Source: Flavobacteriales bacterium (GTDB lineage: Bacteria; Bacteroidota; Bacteroidia; Flavobacteriales; UBA7312). From it: a stretch of 64,000 nucleotides of DNA. The notes below the pieces were generated by a model that saw nothing but the letters and a program-made list of their open reading frames with translations, was not told the origin of the DNA and ran no database searches. Below are positions 47,114-56,712 of the stretch, in pieces. Position numbers and translations under genes: made by a program. Positions within the stretch are counted from its first letter, which is position 1. Each line of letters starts with the position of its first letter. The stretch is taken from contig JADHMO010000001.1 in the NCBI GenBank assembly GCA_016779995.1, positions 283,411 to 347,410 on the forward strand, given 5' to 3'.

Positions 47114-48712
47114 ATGCTTCAGATTATTTCATACGTTGTTTTTACAATACTTATTTTACTAATTGCCAAAACATACTTAGACAAGAAAGGACATCCCAAA
47201 GGATTATTTTATTTATTTTTTGCTGAAATGTGGGAAAGGTTTTCATTCTACGGAATGCGAGCATTATTAACCCTTTATCTTATTAAAGATTATTACTCTC
47301 ATCTTGAAAACAATGAAGAAGTAGCATATGGTATATACGCCGCCTATGGAGCATTAGTTTATTTAACACCATTGATTGGTGGCTATCTAGCAGATAAATT
47401 TATAGGCTATAGAAAATCCATTCTTTATGGTGGAATATTAATGGCATTAGGTCATTTCTTTATGGCATTTCCTACCGATTTTTTCTTTTACGGAGCTTTA
47501 GGTTTACTTATTATGGGTAATGGTTTTTTTAAGCCTAATATTTCTACACTAGTAGGCTCTTTGTATGAAGAAGGAGACATCAAAAGAGATGGTGGATTTA
47601 CAATATTTTATATGGGAATAAATCTAGGTGCAATGATTGCCCCATTATTCTGTGGTTATCTTGGAGAGGTTTATGGTTGGCATTATGGGTTTGGAGCTGC
47701 TGGTATTGGAATGTTGGCTGGTTTAGTTGTTTTCTGGAAAGGTATTAGCAGTAATGTCTTAGGCGACAAAGGGCTTCAACCCAAAGAATACATTAACAAA
47801 AAAATATCTGGAATTTCAGTAGCAAATTTAATCTATATACTTGGTTTTGTGGCTGTTCCTGTTTTTGCGTATTTAATCGTTCTAGACACACAATCCTCAG
47901 TTTTAGGTGATGTTCTATCAGTAGTAGGTGCAGTTGTATTAATATATCTCGCCTATATTATTTACGACTATAAAGTTAAACAAAACGATAAAGTCAGTGG
48001 CGACAGACTAATTGCAATACTTATTCTATCTGTATTTTTAACAATATTTTGGGCTTGTTTCGAACAAGCTGGAAGCTCAGTAACAGTATGGATTGACAAG
48101 TGTGTCAACCTAGTTGGAATGACTGCTTCGCAAACCAATGCAATAAATCCTTTTTACATTGTACTACTAGCTATACCATTTAGTCTTCTGTGGACTAAAT
48201 TAGGAGCAATGAACAAAAATCCTAATACTCCTATTAAATTTGCTTTAGGTATTTTTCAACTTGGACTCGGATTTTTAATTTTTGCAGCTACTGCACATTT
48301 TATCGGCGACAATGGAAAAGTGCCATTTTTATTTGTATTCCTTGGATATTTCCTAATTACTACTGGAGAGTTATTTTTGTCACCTATTGGTTTATCTAAA
48401 GTGACTGAATTATCTCCTAAAAAAATGGTAGGGTTTATGATGGGTGTATGGTTCTTATCTTCCACATTTGCTCATTATATCTCTGGAATTCTTGCTAAAC
48501 TTACAACAACTGGAAGTAGTGCCGAAAGCAATTGGCTATCAAATCTAGGAAATTGGTTTATGGGCAATCCTGATTTATCATCTGAACCTGTAGCAACACT
48601 GATGCAATACAATAGTATTTATGCTCAAATAGGTTTTGTCACAATATTTATCTCAATTTTCGTTATGATAATATCACCATTTATTAAAAAATTGATGCAT
48701 GGTGTTCACTAA
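47114..48712 (+). CDS. POT/PTR2-family proton-dependent oligopeptide transporter
   Basis: 532 aa. It has the PTR2 signature FAEMWERFSFYGMRALL and multiple TM helices. Confidence 0.9.
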   Translation: MLQIISYVVFTILILLIAKTYLDKKGHPKGLFYLFFAEMWERFSFYGMRALLTLYLIKDYYSHLENNEEVAYGIYAAYGALVYLTPLIGGYLADKFIGYRKSILYGGILMALGHFFMAFPTDFFFYGALGLLIMGNGFFKPNISTLVGSLYEEGDIKRDGGFTIFYMGINLGAMIAPLFCGYLGEVYGWHYGFGAAGIGMLAGLVVFWKGISSNVLGDKGLQPKEYINKKISGISVANLIYILGFVAVPVFAYLIVLDTQSSVLGDVLSVVGAVVLIYLAYIIYDYKVKQNDKVSGDRLIAILILSVFLTIFWACFEQAGSSVTVWIDKCVNLVGMTASQTNAINPFYIVLLAIPFSLLWTKLGAMNKNPNTPIKFALGIFQLGLGFLIFAATAHFIGDNGKVPFLFVFLGYFLITTGELFLSPIGLSKVTELSPKKMVGFMMGVWFLSSTFAHYISGILAKLTTTGSSAESNWLSNLGNWFMGNPDLSSEPVATLMQYNSIYAQIGFVTIFISIFVMIISPFIKKLMHGVH

Positions 48713-48725
48713 AAAATATAATGAT

Positions 48726-49190
48726 ATGAAAAACACCCTTTTAATTTGTGCCCTTTTAATTGGCTCTTTAAACCTCTATTCTCAAGAAAAAAACGATGGT
48801 TGGCTACTAAATTTTGACGAAGCAGCAGAACTATCCATGAAAACTGGAAAACCTATTCTTGCTAACTTTACAGGTAGTGATTGGTGCGGTTGGTGTATTA
48901 GACTAAAAAAAGAAGTCTTTGTAACCCCTGCCTTTAAAAAATGGGCTAAAGAAAATGTTATTCTTCTTGAACTTGACTACCCTAGACGAGTACCACAAAC
49001 TGAAGAAATCAAAAAACAAAATCGAGAGCTTCAACAATTCTTTAAAGTAAGAGGTTATCCGACACTACATATGTTCAATGTTGGAGTAGCAGACGGAAAA
49101 ACTCAAATTACTGCTTTAGGTAAAATGGGTTATTTAGCTGGTGGACCAACACCTTGGATTGCCAATGCAAATAATTATCTTAAAAAATAA
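48726..49190 (+). CDS. secreted thioredoxin-fold protein (CxxC = CGWC)
   Basis: It has a signal peptide and the motif FTGSDWCGWCIRLKKEVF. The start is moved to MKNTLL (48726), clear of the upstream stop. Confidence 0.75.
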   Translation: MKNTLLICALLIGSLNLYSQEKNDGWLLNFDEAAELSMKTGKPILANFTGSDWCGWCIRLKKEVFVTPAFKKWAKENVILLELDYPRRVPQTEEIKKQNRELQQFFKVRGYPTLHMFNVGVADGKTQITALGKMGYLAGGPTPWIANANNYLKK

Positions 49191-49193
49191 ATA

Positions 49194-49751
49194 ATGAAAC
49201 AACTCTTATTCACTTTAATGGTTTTCATTTTGCCATTTGTAGTAGTTTCTTGCAATGAAAATACTGCTAATCAAGTAAAAAAAGAAACCGACCTTAAACA
49301 AATCATTCAGTCAAATAATGCTTATTCAGCTATTAAATGGATATCATTAGAAGAACTTGAAAATAAAATGAAAAAGTCACCTCGTAAAGTGATATTATTA
49401 TTTACCAAAAAAGGTTGTCCATACTGTAAGGAGATGAAAGAAACTACTCTTATTGACCCAGAAGTAATTAAATTAATTAATGAAAATTATTATGCAGTTA
49501 CTCTAGATGGCAAATCTAAGGAAGCTATTACTTTCAAAGGTGTAACCTATACCAATGATGCTTCAATTGAAGAAGACCCAAAATCAACGTGGAGACATAA
49601 TTTATTTGCCGAATTGGTAGAGCCATATAATGGCGGTTATTATTGGCCTTCCACAGTAATACTCGACACCAATCTTGATTTGATTAAAAGTTTTCCTGGC
49701 TCACAAAAACCTCCTCAGTTTAAGCGATTGCTGATGAACTATATGAGATAA
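49194..49751 (+). CDS. secreted/lipoprotein thioredoxin-fold protein (CxxC = CPYC)
   Basis: 185 aa with the lipobox-like VVSC and the motif FTKKGCPYCKEMKE. Confidence 0.7.
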   Translation: MKQLLFTLMVFILPFVVVSCNENTANQVKKETDLKQIIQSNNAYSAIKWISLEELENKMKKSPRKVILLFTKKGCPYCKEMKETTLIDPEVIKLINENYYAVTLDGKSKEAITFKGVTYTNDASIEEDPKSTWRHNLFAELVEPYNGGYYWPSTVILDTNLDLIKSFPGSQKPPQFKRLLMNYMR

Positions 49752-49772
49752 AAATCTCGTGAAAAATCTAAT

Positions 49773-49806
49773 AAAAAAAAGGTCTTGCAAATGCAAGACC
49801 TTTTTT
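49773..49806. terminator. bidirectional rho-independent terminator between the thioredoxin-like gene (+) and tRNA-His (-)
   Basis: A-run of 8, stem ggtcttgc/gcaagacc with loop aaat, then a T-run of 6. Confidence 0.8.
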
Positions 49807-49810
49807 GTTG

Positions 49811-49885
49811 GGTGGATGATGGGATTCGAACCCACGACCCTCGGTACCACAAACCGATGCTCTAACCAACTGAGCTACAACCACC
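49811..49885 (-). tRNA. tRNA-His (anticodon GTG) with a genome-encoded G-1
   Basis: Hand-folded cloverleaf: GGTGGTTG-TA-GCTC-AGTTGGTTA-GAGC-A-TCGGT-TTGTGGT-ACCGA-GGGTC-GTGGG-TTCGAAT-CCCAT-CATCCAC-C. There is one U:U mismatch in the acceptor stem, and CCA is not fully encoded. Confidence 0.85.
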
Positions 49886-49944
49886 GTTGGGACGGCAAAT
49901 ATATAAATTTAGAAAAAATATTAGCCTAATTTTATATAAAAAAC

Positions 49945-49952
49945 TACCTTTG
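49945..49952 (+). promoter_or_regulatory. -7 box TACCTTTG immediately upstream of the P-type ATPase gene
   Basis: Perfect TAnnTTTG match, only 8 nt before the ATG at 49961. Confidence 0.4.
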
Positions 49953-49960
49953 ATAATACC

Positions 49961-52063
49961 ATGGCCACAACTAAAAAATATCAGAGTCTTAATATTTCTG
50001 GAATGACTTGTGCTAATTGTGCAAAAGGAATCGAAAAACACCTCACTAAAAAAGGATTTAAAGAAGTAAAAGTCGATTTTGCTAATGCTGAAGCTCATTT
50101 TTTATCTAAAAACATAGAGATAGATGATGTCATTAAAGAAATTGAATCTATTGGTTTTCAAGCCAATACTGAAGAAATTGAGGAGGATAATACAGTAGAA
50201 AAATTATTTGCGTTTTGTCTCATTCTGACTATTCCTTTGTTTAGTCATATGTTTTTAAATGAAAATCATATTCTACATAATCCTATTATTCAGTTTTTTT
50301 TGGCTTTACCTGTTTACATTGTTGGTTGCTACTATTTTGGTACAAGTGCTTGGAATTCACTAAAATCAAAAGTACCAAACATGGACGTTTTGATAATGAT
50401 GGGCACTACGGCAGCATTTTTCTATAGCGTAACAGGAACTTTAATATTTTGGGGTACTCCAGAAGCTCATAATTTTTTGTTTTTTGAAACAACAGCTACT
50501 ATAATAACTCTAGTCCTTTTAGGCAATGTTTTAGAGCATCGCTCGGTAAAACAGACTACCACAGCGATAAAGGAACTCAGCTCAATTCAAAACCTAGAAG
50601 CGAAAAGGGAGAGAAAAGATGGCTCAATAGAAATTATTTCTTTCAAAAACATCATTAAAGATGATGTCCTACTAGTTAATTCTGGAGATAAAGTGCCAAC
50701 AGATGGTATTATCATATCAGGAGAAGGTTTTTTTGATGAATCCATGATGACTGGTGAAAGCCATTCTATTCTTAAAAAAAGTAATGAAGAAGTAATTGGA
50801 GGCACACTGTTACTTGATGGTAACATTAAAATGATTGCCAAAAAAGTGGGTGAAGAAACTGTTTTATCTCACATCATTAAATTGGTTAAAAGTGCCCAAA
50901 ATAATAAGCCTAACATACAACGCCTCGGTGACAAGGTCAGTGGTATTTTTGTGCCTCTTGTTTTATTTATATCTCTATTTACTTTCATACTAAATCATTA
51001 CGCCTTTGACATCAGCCTATCAGATTCTGTTATGCGAGCAATAGCGGTATTAGTTATTTCATGTCCTTGTGCGATGGGCTTAGCAACACCAACAGCCGTA
51101 ATGGTAGGTTTAGGACGAGCAGCTAAAAATGGAATTCTAATTAAAGGTGGTAATACTTTAGAAGAGTTTGCAAAAGTCAAAAATATAGTCTTTGACAAAA
51201 CAGGGACACTAACAACAGGTGACTTTAAAATAGATAATCTAGTTTGTAAAGAGAGTGACAACGAAGATGTAACAAACTTAATATATACCTTAGAAATGCA
51301 TTCTTCCCACCCTATTGCTAAGTCATTTATCAAAGAACTAGAGGAAAAGGCTGAGCTGTTAGAATTAGAAGAAATCCAAGAAGTCAAAGGGCAAGGTATT
51401 CAAGCAAAGTGGAAAGGAAATTTTTACCAATTGGGCTCAGCTAAGTTTGTCAATCATGAAGACCAAACTCATCAAATTTACCTTTATAAAAATAATAGTT
51501 TTTTTGCAGGAGTAAATTGCTCTGATGAGATAAAACACGATTTAAAAGAAACTATTTCAAAGCTTAAACAACAAGGATTAACAACTACAATATTAAGTGG
51601 AGATAAAGTTAGTAAATGTGAATTTGTGGGTCAAGCTATAGGAATAAATAACATTTATGGTGAGCACTTACCTCATGAAAAATTAGAAAAGATTGATGAG
51701 CTAAATAAAAATGGTCTTACAGCTATGGTAGGAGACGGCATCAACGATGCACCCGCTTTAGCAAAAGCACATGTTGGAATTTCATTAGGAGGAAGCACCG
51801 AAGTAGCCATAGAATCAGCACAAGTTGTATTATTAAATACGGATAATTTAAAACAAATAGATACAGCCTACAAAATCAGTAAGCATACTCTAAAGACTAT
51901 CAAACAAAATTTATTTTGGGCATTTTCTTATAACATCGTAGCTATACCAATCGCTGCCTTAGGATTTCTAAACCCTATGTGGGGCGCTTTGTTTATGGCG
52001 TTCTCGGATGTTATTGTGATTGGAAATTCTCTCAGACTGAAGAAGAAGAATATAAATAATTAA
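49961..52063 (+). CDS. copA: heavy-metal (copper-type) translocating P1B-type ATPase
   Basis: 700 aa. It has an N-terminal HMA motif GMTCANCA, the transmembrane CPC motif (SCPCAMGLATP), DKTGTLT and GDGINDAP. Confidence 0.9.
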   Translation: MATTKKYQSLNISGMTCANCAKGIEKHLTKKGFKEVKVDFANAEAHFLSKNIEIDDVIKEIESIGFQANTEEIEEDNTVEKLFAFCLILTIPLFSHMFLNENHILHNPIIQFFLALPVYIVGCYYFGTSAWNSLKSKVPNMDVLIMMGTTAAFFYSVTGTLIFWGTPEAHNFLFFETTATIITLVLLGNVLEHRSVKQTTTAIKELSSIQNLEAKRERKDGSIEIISFKNIIKDDVLLVNSGDKVPTDGIIISGEGFFDESMMTGESHSILKKSNEEVIGGTLLLDGNIKMIAKKVGEETVLSHIIKLVKSAQNNKPNIQRLGDKVSGIFVPLVLFISLFTFILNHYAFDISLSDSVMRAIAVLVISCPCAMGLATPTAVMVGLGRAAKNGILIKGGNTLEEFAKVKNIVFDKTGTLTTGDFKIDNLVCKESDNEDVTNLIYTLEMHSSHPIAKSFIKELEEKAELLELEEIQEVKGQGIQAKWKGNFYQLGSAKFVNHEDQTHQIYLYKNNSFFAGVNCSDEIKHDLKETISKLKQQGLTTTILSGDKVSKCEFVGQAIGINNIYGEHLPHEKLEKIDELNKNGLTAMVGDGINDAPALAKAHVGISLGGSTEVAIESAQVVLLNTDNLKQIDTAYKISKHTLKTIKQNLFWAFSYNIVAIPIAALGFLNPMWGALFMAFSDVIVIGNSLRLKKKNINN

Positions 52064-52066
52064 AAA

Positions 52067-55000
52067 ATGCGACTAATAATCACTTTCCTTTTAATATTTC
52101 TTAGTATTAACCTAATAGCTCAAGACAAGTTTGTCGCTCACGACTATATCAATGGCAATATACTTTCATACAAGCCAACATTTCAAGAATCATTTCCAAA
52201 ATGGGCAAAGTTATTGTACGAAAATGATGCTAATTTTTATGACATACAACAAAACTATAGCCTTTGGAAATTAGATAATTCAAAAAAAGAATTCAAAGCC
52301 GTAGAACGGTATTACAAGATATGGTCTAGACATATAATTCCATATGTTTCTGAAGATGGCAGCATAATTATCCCTAATCATTCAACAGATGTTGAAAGTC
52401 AAAATGTGCCAAATAGTGTTTCTGATAATAACTGGGAATTTTTAGGTCCTAAAGAAACTTTTTTTCTCAATGAAACTGGTGGTGAAATAGCAATGGCTAG
52501 TTGCCCGTGGCAGGTAAATGTTTACTCCTTTGATGTCTCAAAAAGTAATAATAATGTATTGTATTGTGGTACAGAAACCGGATTTGTCAATAAATCTATA
52601 GATAATGGAGATAGTTGGACAATGTTGGCTAAAGAATATAGTTTTAACGGAGGAATAACCGCCTTAGCTATTGACCCTCAGGACGAACAAACTGTCTATC
52701 TAAGTGCCAATTCACAAATCCATAAAACAACTGATGGAGGACAAAATTGGAATCCCATACTAGCTAATGATGGGCTATTTAGTTCTGATAAAATCATAAT
52801 TGACGAAAATAACTCCAATACAATAATTTCTGCGGGTTCTTCTGGAATTCACCGTTCAATTGATGGTGGGCAAAATTGGTCTAATCCATCACAATTACAA
52901 ACCTATGATATTCACTTCAAAAGCGATGATGCATCGACCGTTTATGCCATAGCTACATTAAATGGTTATTTTAAATTTCTTATTTCAACAAATGGAGGAC
53001 AAACTTTTACAGAATCCAATTCATTCCCTACTGACATAGAAGATGAGTCAGGAGCATTAATAGCAGTAAGTCAAGATGATACGGAACATGTTTTTGCTTT
53101 ACTTTTAAGTTCTGATGACACCCCTATTCTCTACAAAGGTAATCCTCAAAGTAATAGTTGGGAATTATTAGCAACAGGACAAACGGATAATTTTCCACTT
53201 GATAATTGGCAAGGTTTCTATGACCTTGTTTTTGAAGTATCACCTGATAACTCAGACGTAATTTTTGCAGGTACAGCCAGTCTATACAAGTCAAGCGATG
53301 GTGGTGAGACCTTTAACATTGTTGGTGGATATGGAGGTAGTTTTTCTATTCATCCAGATGCTCAATGTATGGTACTTCTAGATAACAATAGAGCATGGTT
53401 GGCAACAGATGGAGGCTTGACCTATTCTTCAGATAATTTTACGCAAACAAATAATGCTCAATCTAAAAACAATCTAATAGTCGGTTCTGATATGTGGGGC
53501 TTTGACCAAGGTTGGAATGAAGATATTGTTGTTGGAGGAAGATACCATAACGGAAATACGGCGATTGCTGACTTTTATGAGCCAAAAGCCTTGAGAATGG
53601 GTGGTGCTGAATCTCCAACGGGTTGGGTTATGAAAGGTAAAAGTAGGCATGTTGCTTTTAATGATTTAGGACCTGGCTGGATATTACCTACTTCAGCAGA
53701 ATCTTCACCAGAAGGAAGATTTCCTTTTTCTAAATATCCAAATATGGACGAATATGGTGGTAGAAGAGGAAATATGGTTTTCCACCCCAATTATTACGAA
53801 GTTATTTATTTAGGAGAAGGTGATGGATTTTGGAAAAGTAATGATATGGGACTTAGTTTTGAATTATTGCATGATTTTGGTCAAAGGGTGAAATACATTC
53901 AAATCGCCTTTAACGAGCCAAATATAATCTATGCTGATGTTGTCAATTTAGGCTTACATAAATCTGAAGATGGTGGTTATACTTGGACAGCTAAACCGAA
54001 TTTAACTAATGCACAAAATGGAGGAAACTATTGGAAAGGAAAACTACATTTTGATATATCGCCAAACGATGCTAATACGATATACGCTTGTCAACAAAAT
54101 GGAATTTGGTCTTCAGATTTAGGAAAGATTTTCAAATCTACCGATGGTGGTGACAGTTGGACAGACTGGACGGCAAACCTTAATCCTTATGCTAAATCAA
54201 TAGTCGTACAAGCCGATGAATTAGGTAATGATATTGTCTATTTATTCACCTCAAACATCAACAATCAAGATGCTCAATGCTACATTAGAAGAGATGGGGA
54301 AAATGAATGGTCAATATATGGTAATGGATTTCCAGTTGGCACTGACCCCAATCACGCACTAGCATTTTTTAGAGATAGTAAGTTAAGAGTTGCTGGGACA
54401 TCAGGCGTCTGGGAAATCGACTTAGATCAAGTAAATTTTTTACCAATTATTCAGCCTTGGGTAAATCGTCCTGTTATCGATTGTATAAATGATACTATTC
54501 AGCTAGAAGACCATTCTATCCTAAATCATGAAAATTGCAGTTGGACATGGAGCATTGACCCTGAACCTTTGTATATTGAAAACACAAACATTAGAAATCC
54601 AAAAGTTGTATTAGGCGAGGTGGGTAATTACTCTATTACTTTAACTGTTACCAAAGATGGCACCACATACTCTAAAACCATAGACAATATGGTTTATGCA
54701 AGTGAATGTCCATCGGTAGAAAACTGCAACAATCCAGCCTTAGTTTCAAAGGAGGATTGGAGTTTAACCTATGTTGATAGTGAAGAAATCAACTACCCAG
54801 GATATGCTACTATGGCTTTTGATGGAGATGCAAGTACTATTTGGCATACTCAGTGGAGTACAGGTGATATACCCTATCCTCATGAAATGCAAATTGACTT
54901 AAATAATGAGTATAAAATTTTTGAGTTTACCTACCAAACAAGGCAAGATGGGCAAAATGGTCGAATTAAAAATATGGAATTGTATTTCAGTAACGACTCT

Positions 55001-55441
55001 AATGATTTTGGCACGGCCGATACCATCATTCAATTTGAAAATACATCAGCACCACAAACCATCATTTTCCAAAATCCTAAAATAGGAAGTCATATGAAAA
55101 TTGTAGCTCTCTCAGAAGTTAATGGAGGGCCATGGTCGTCTGCTGCTGAATTTGATTTAAAAGCATGTTATAATACGTCAAGAGTTGAAACAAAAGATTT
55201 TGAATTTCTTAATGCTTATCCTATTCCAACAAGTGGCCCATTAAAAGTGTCTTTACCTTCAATTGGAAGCTATCAATATGCCATCTATACGGTTGACGGA
55301 AAATATCTTACAGGAAATTCGTTTAATGGAAATACCGATTACATAGAGTTAGATTTATCTAACTATGAAGACGGTGTATATGTTATTGAAGTTATTTCTA
55401 ACAATAACAGAAAATACCTCATTAAATCTATTAAAAAGTAA
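52067..55441 (+). CDS. large T9SS cargo protein: BNR/sortilin-like repeats, PKD-like domain, F5/8 type C (discoidin) domain and a type-A CTD
   Basis: It has S.DGG.(S/N)W repeats, a discoidin-like region (AFDGDASTIWHTQWS...IKNMELYFSND), and the C-terminus YPIPTSGPL...YEDGVYVIEV. Confidence 0.85.
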   Translation: MRLIITFLLIFLSINLIAQDKFVAHDYINGNILSYKPTFQESFPKWAKLLYENDANFYDIQQNYSLWKLDNSKKEFKAVERYYKIWSRHIIPYVSEDGSIIIPNHSTDVESQNVPNSVSDNNWEFLGPKETFFLNETGGEIAMASCPWQVNVYSFDVSKSNNNVLYCGTETGFVNKSIDNGDSWTMLAKEYSFNGGITALAIDPQDEQTVYLSANSQIHKTTDGGQNWNPILANDGLFSSDKIIIDENNSNTIISAGSSGIHRSIDGGQNWSNPSQLQTYDIHFKSDDASTVYAIATLNGYFKFLISTNGGQTFTESNSFPTDIEDESGALIAVSQDDTEHVFALLLSSDDTPILYKGNPQSNSWELLATGQTDNFPLDNWQGFYDLVFEVSPDNSDVIFAGTASLYKSSDGGETFNIVGGYGGSFSIHPDAQCMVLLDNNRAWLATDGGLTYSSDNFTQTNNAQSKNNLIVGSDMWGFDQGWNEDIVVGGRYHNGNTAIADFYEPKALRMGGAESPTGWVMKGKSRHVAFNDLGPGWILPTSAESSPEGRFPFSKYPNMDEYGGRRGNMVFHPNYYEVIYLGEGDGFWKSNDMGLSFELLHDFGQRVKYIQIAFNEPNIIYADVVNLGLHKSEDGGYTWTAKPNLTNAQNGGNYWKGKLHFDISPNDANTIYACQQNGIWSSDLGKIFKSTDGGDSWTDWTANLNPYAKSIVVQADELGNDIVYLFTSNINNQDAQCYIRRDGENEWSIYGNGFPVGTDPNHALAFFRDSKLRVAGTSGVWEIDLDQVNFLPIIQPWVNRPVIDCINDTIQLEDHSILNHENCSWTWSIDPEPLYIENTNIRNPKVVLGEVGNYSITLTVTKDGTTYSKTIDNMVYASECPSVENCNNPALVSKEDWSLTYVDSEEINYPGYATMAFDGDASTIWHTQWSTGDIPYPHEMQIDLNNEYKIFEFTYQTRQDGQNGRIKNMELYFSNDSNDFGTADTIIQFENTSAPQTIIFQNPKIGSHMKIVALSEVNGGPWSSAAEFDLKACYNTSRVETKDFEFLNAYPIPTSGPLKVSLPSIGSYQYAIYTVDGKYLTGNSFNGNTDYIELDLSNYEDGVYVIEVISNNNRKYLIKSIKK

Positions 55442-55444
55442 GCC

Positions 55445-56152
55445 TTATTTTAAACTTGTTAAGCTTTCAGAAACTAATAATTTCTCCGTTGTAAAGCCCT
55501 CTGCATATTTTACTCTTGATAGTCGCCCCAAGTTAGCCGCACGATAATGCACACTATCTAAAAACCCTTGACTAGAGATGATTGTTTCAGGTTCTTTAGA
55601 ACTTGCGTCAAAAAATTGGGAACTAAATGCCTTTACAGCCTCCATTTTAATAGACATAAAATCGCTAACATCTACAACGAAATTTGGTTCTATTTCTTCA
55701 AATTGTATATAGTGATAAACCACATCTGGTCGCCAAGCTTCTTGTCCTGTTTCTATCTTGGGCAATCCTGACAAAAAACAAGCAGTAGAAACCAAGTCAG
55801 AGCCTTTTTTGTGGTCGGGATGTCTATCACTTATAGCATTGGCTAATACAATACGTGGTCTATATTCTCGGATTATTTTCACAAGCTCCATTTGATGCAC
55901 CTCATCATTTTGAAAAAAACCATCTTTAAAACCCATATTGTGACGAAACTCAACACCCAATATTTGAGCCGCCAAAGCAGCTTCTTTATCTCTTATTTCA
56001 GCACTACCTCTTGTCCCTAATTCACCCCTTGTAAGGTCAACTATGCCAATCTTACTGCCCAAATTAACTTGTTTTGCTATTGTTCCTCCACAACCTAACT
56101 CTACATCATCGGGGTGAGCTCCAAAAGCTAATATATCTAGCTGTTTATCCAT
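55445..56152 (-). CDS. bshB1: bacillithiol biosynthesis deacetylase BshB1 (LmbE/PIG-L family)
   Basis: It has the motif LAFGAHPDDVELGCGGT and a downstream HPDH. The start is moved to MDKQLDIL (56152). Confidence 0.8.
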   Translation of the reverse strand: MDKQLDILAFGAHPDDVELGCGGTIAKQVNLGSKIGIVDLTRGELGTRGSAEIRDKEAALAAQILGVEFRHNMGFKDGFFQNDEVHQMELVKIIREYRPRIVLANAISDRHPDHKKGSDLVSTACFLSGLPKIETGQEAWRPDVVYHYIQFEEIEPNFVVDVSDFMSIKMEAVKAFSSQFFDASSKEPETIISSQGFLDSVHYRAANLGRLSRVKYAEGFTTEKLLVSESLTSLK

Positions 56153-56712
56153 TTTATTATTTTTTTTGATTTTGGACTTGTTGTCGGTAAAAAATAATCT
56201 ACCCACTGACCATTTTCATCGATAATGAATTTTTGAAAATTCCACAAAACCGAAACATTCTTTTTACCATTTTTATTTTTCTCTGTCAACCATTGATAAA
56301 TGGAATGTTTAGATTTTCCTTTGACCGATACTTTTTCAAAAATAGGAAAAGTTACGCCATAATTTTTTTGACAGAAAGAGGATATCTTTTGACTATCGCT
56401 ATATTCTTGATTGGCAAAGTCAGAAGAAGGGAATGCTAAAACTGTAAAGTTTTGATTTTTATACTCATTATATAATTCTTCTAATTGCTTGTATTGGGGT
56501 GTCAATCCACACTTAGAAGCTACATTGACAACTAATAACTTCTTACCTTTCAATGTAGACAAATCAAAATCTTTTCCATCAATGGTTTTCACCTTAATGT
56601 CGTAAAAAGATAAATTCTCCTCATAATTGTAACTATTCATACAACTCAGTAATAAGGTTATTAGAAATACAAATGAGTATTTCTTTAGTTTCTTAATTGT
56701 TTTTGTCTCCAT
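56137..56712 (-). CDS. glutathione-peroxidase-family thiol peroxidase, probably a lipoprotein
   Basis: 191 aa with the lipobox LLSC and the GPx active-site region VVNVASKCGLTPQY (Cys form). The 3' end overlaps the bshB1 start by 16 nt. Confidence 0.8.
   Translation of the reverse strand: METKTIKKLKKYSFVFLITLLLSCMNSYNYEENLSFYDIKVKTIDGKDFDLSTLKGKKLLVVNVASKCGLTPQYKQLEELYNEYKNQNFTVLAFPSSDFANQEYSDSQKISSFCQKNYGVTFPIFEKVSVKGKSKHSIYQWLTEKNKNGKKNVSVLWNFQKFIIDENGQWVDYFLPTTSPKSKKIIKWINS

Noticed and set aside
49811-49885. tRNA-His as an integration hotspot for an island
   Set aside because: The tRNA is flanked directly by a terminator and by the copA promoter. No partial tRNA repeat or integrase is nearby.
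49862-50098. 78-aa minus-strand ORF overlapping tRNA-His and the copA start
   Set aside because: It overlaps a well-folding tRNA and the 5' end of copA, so it is spurious.
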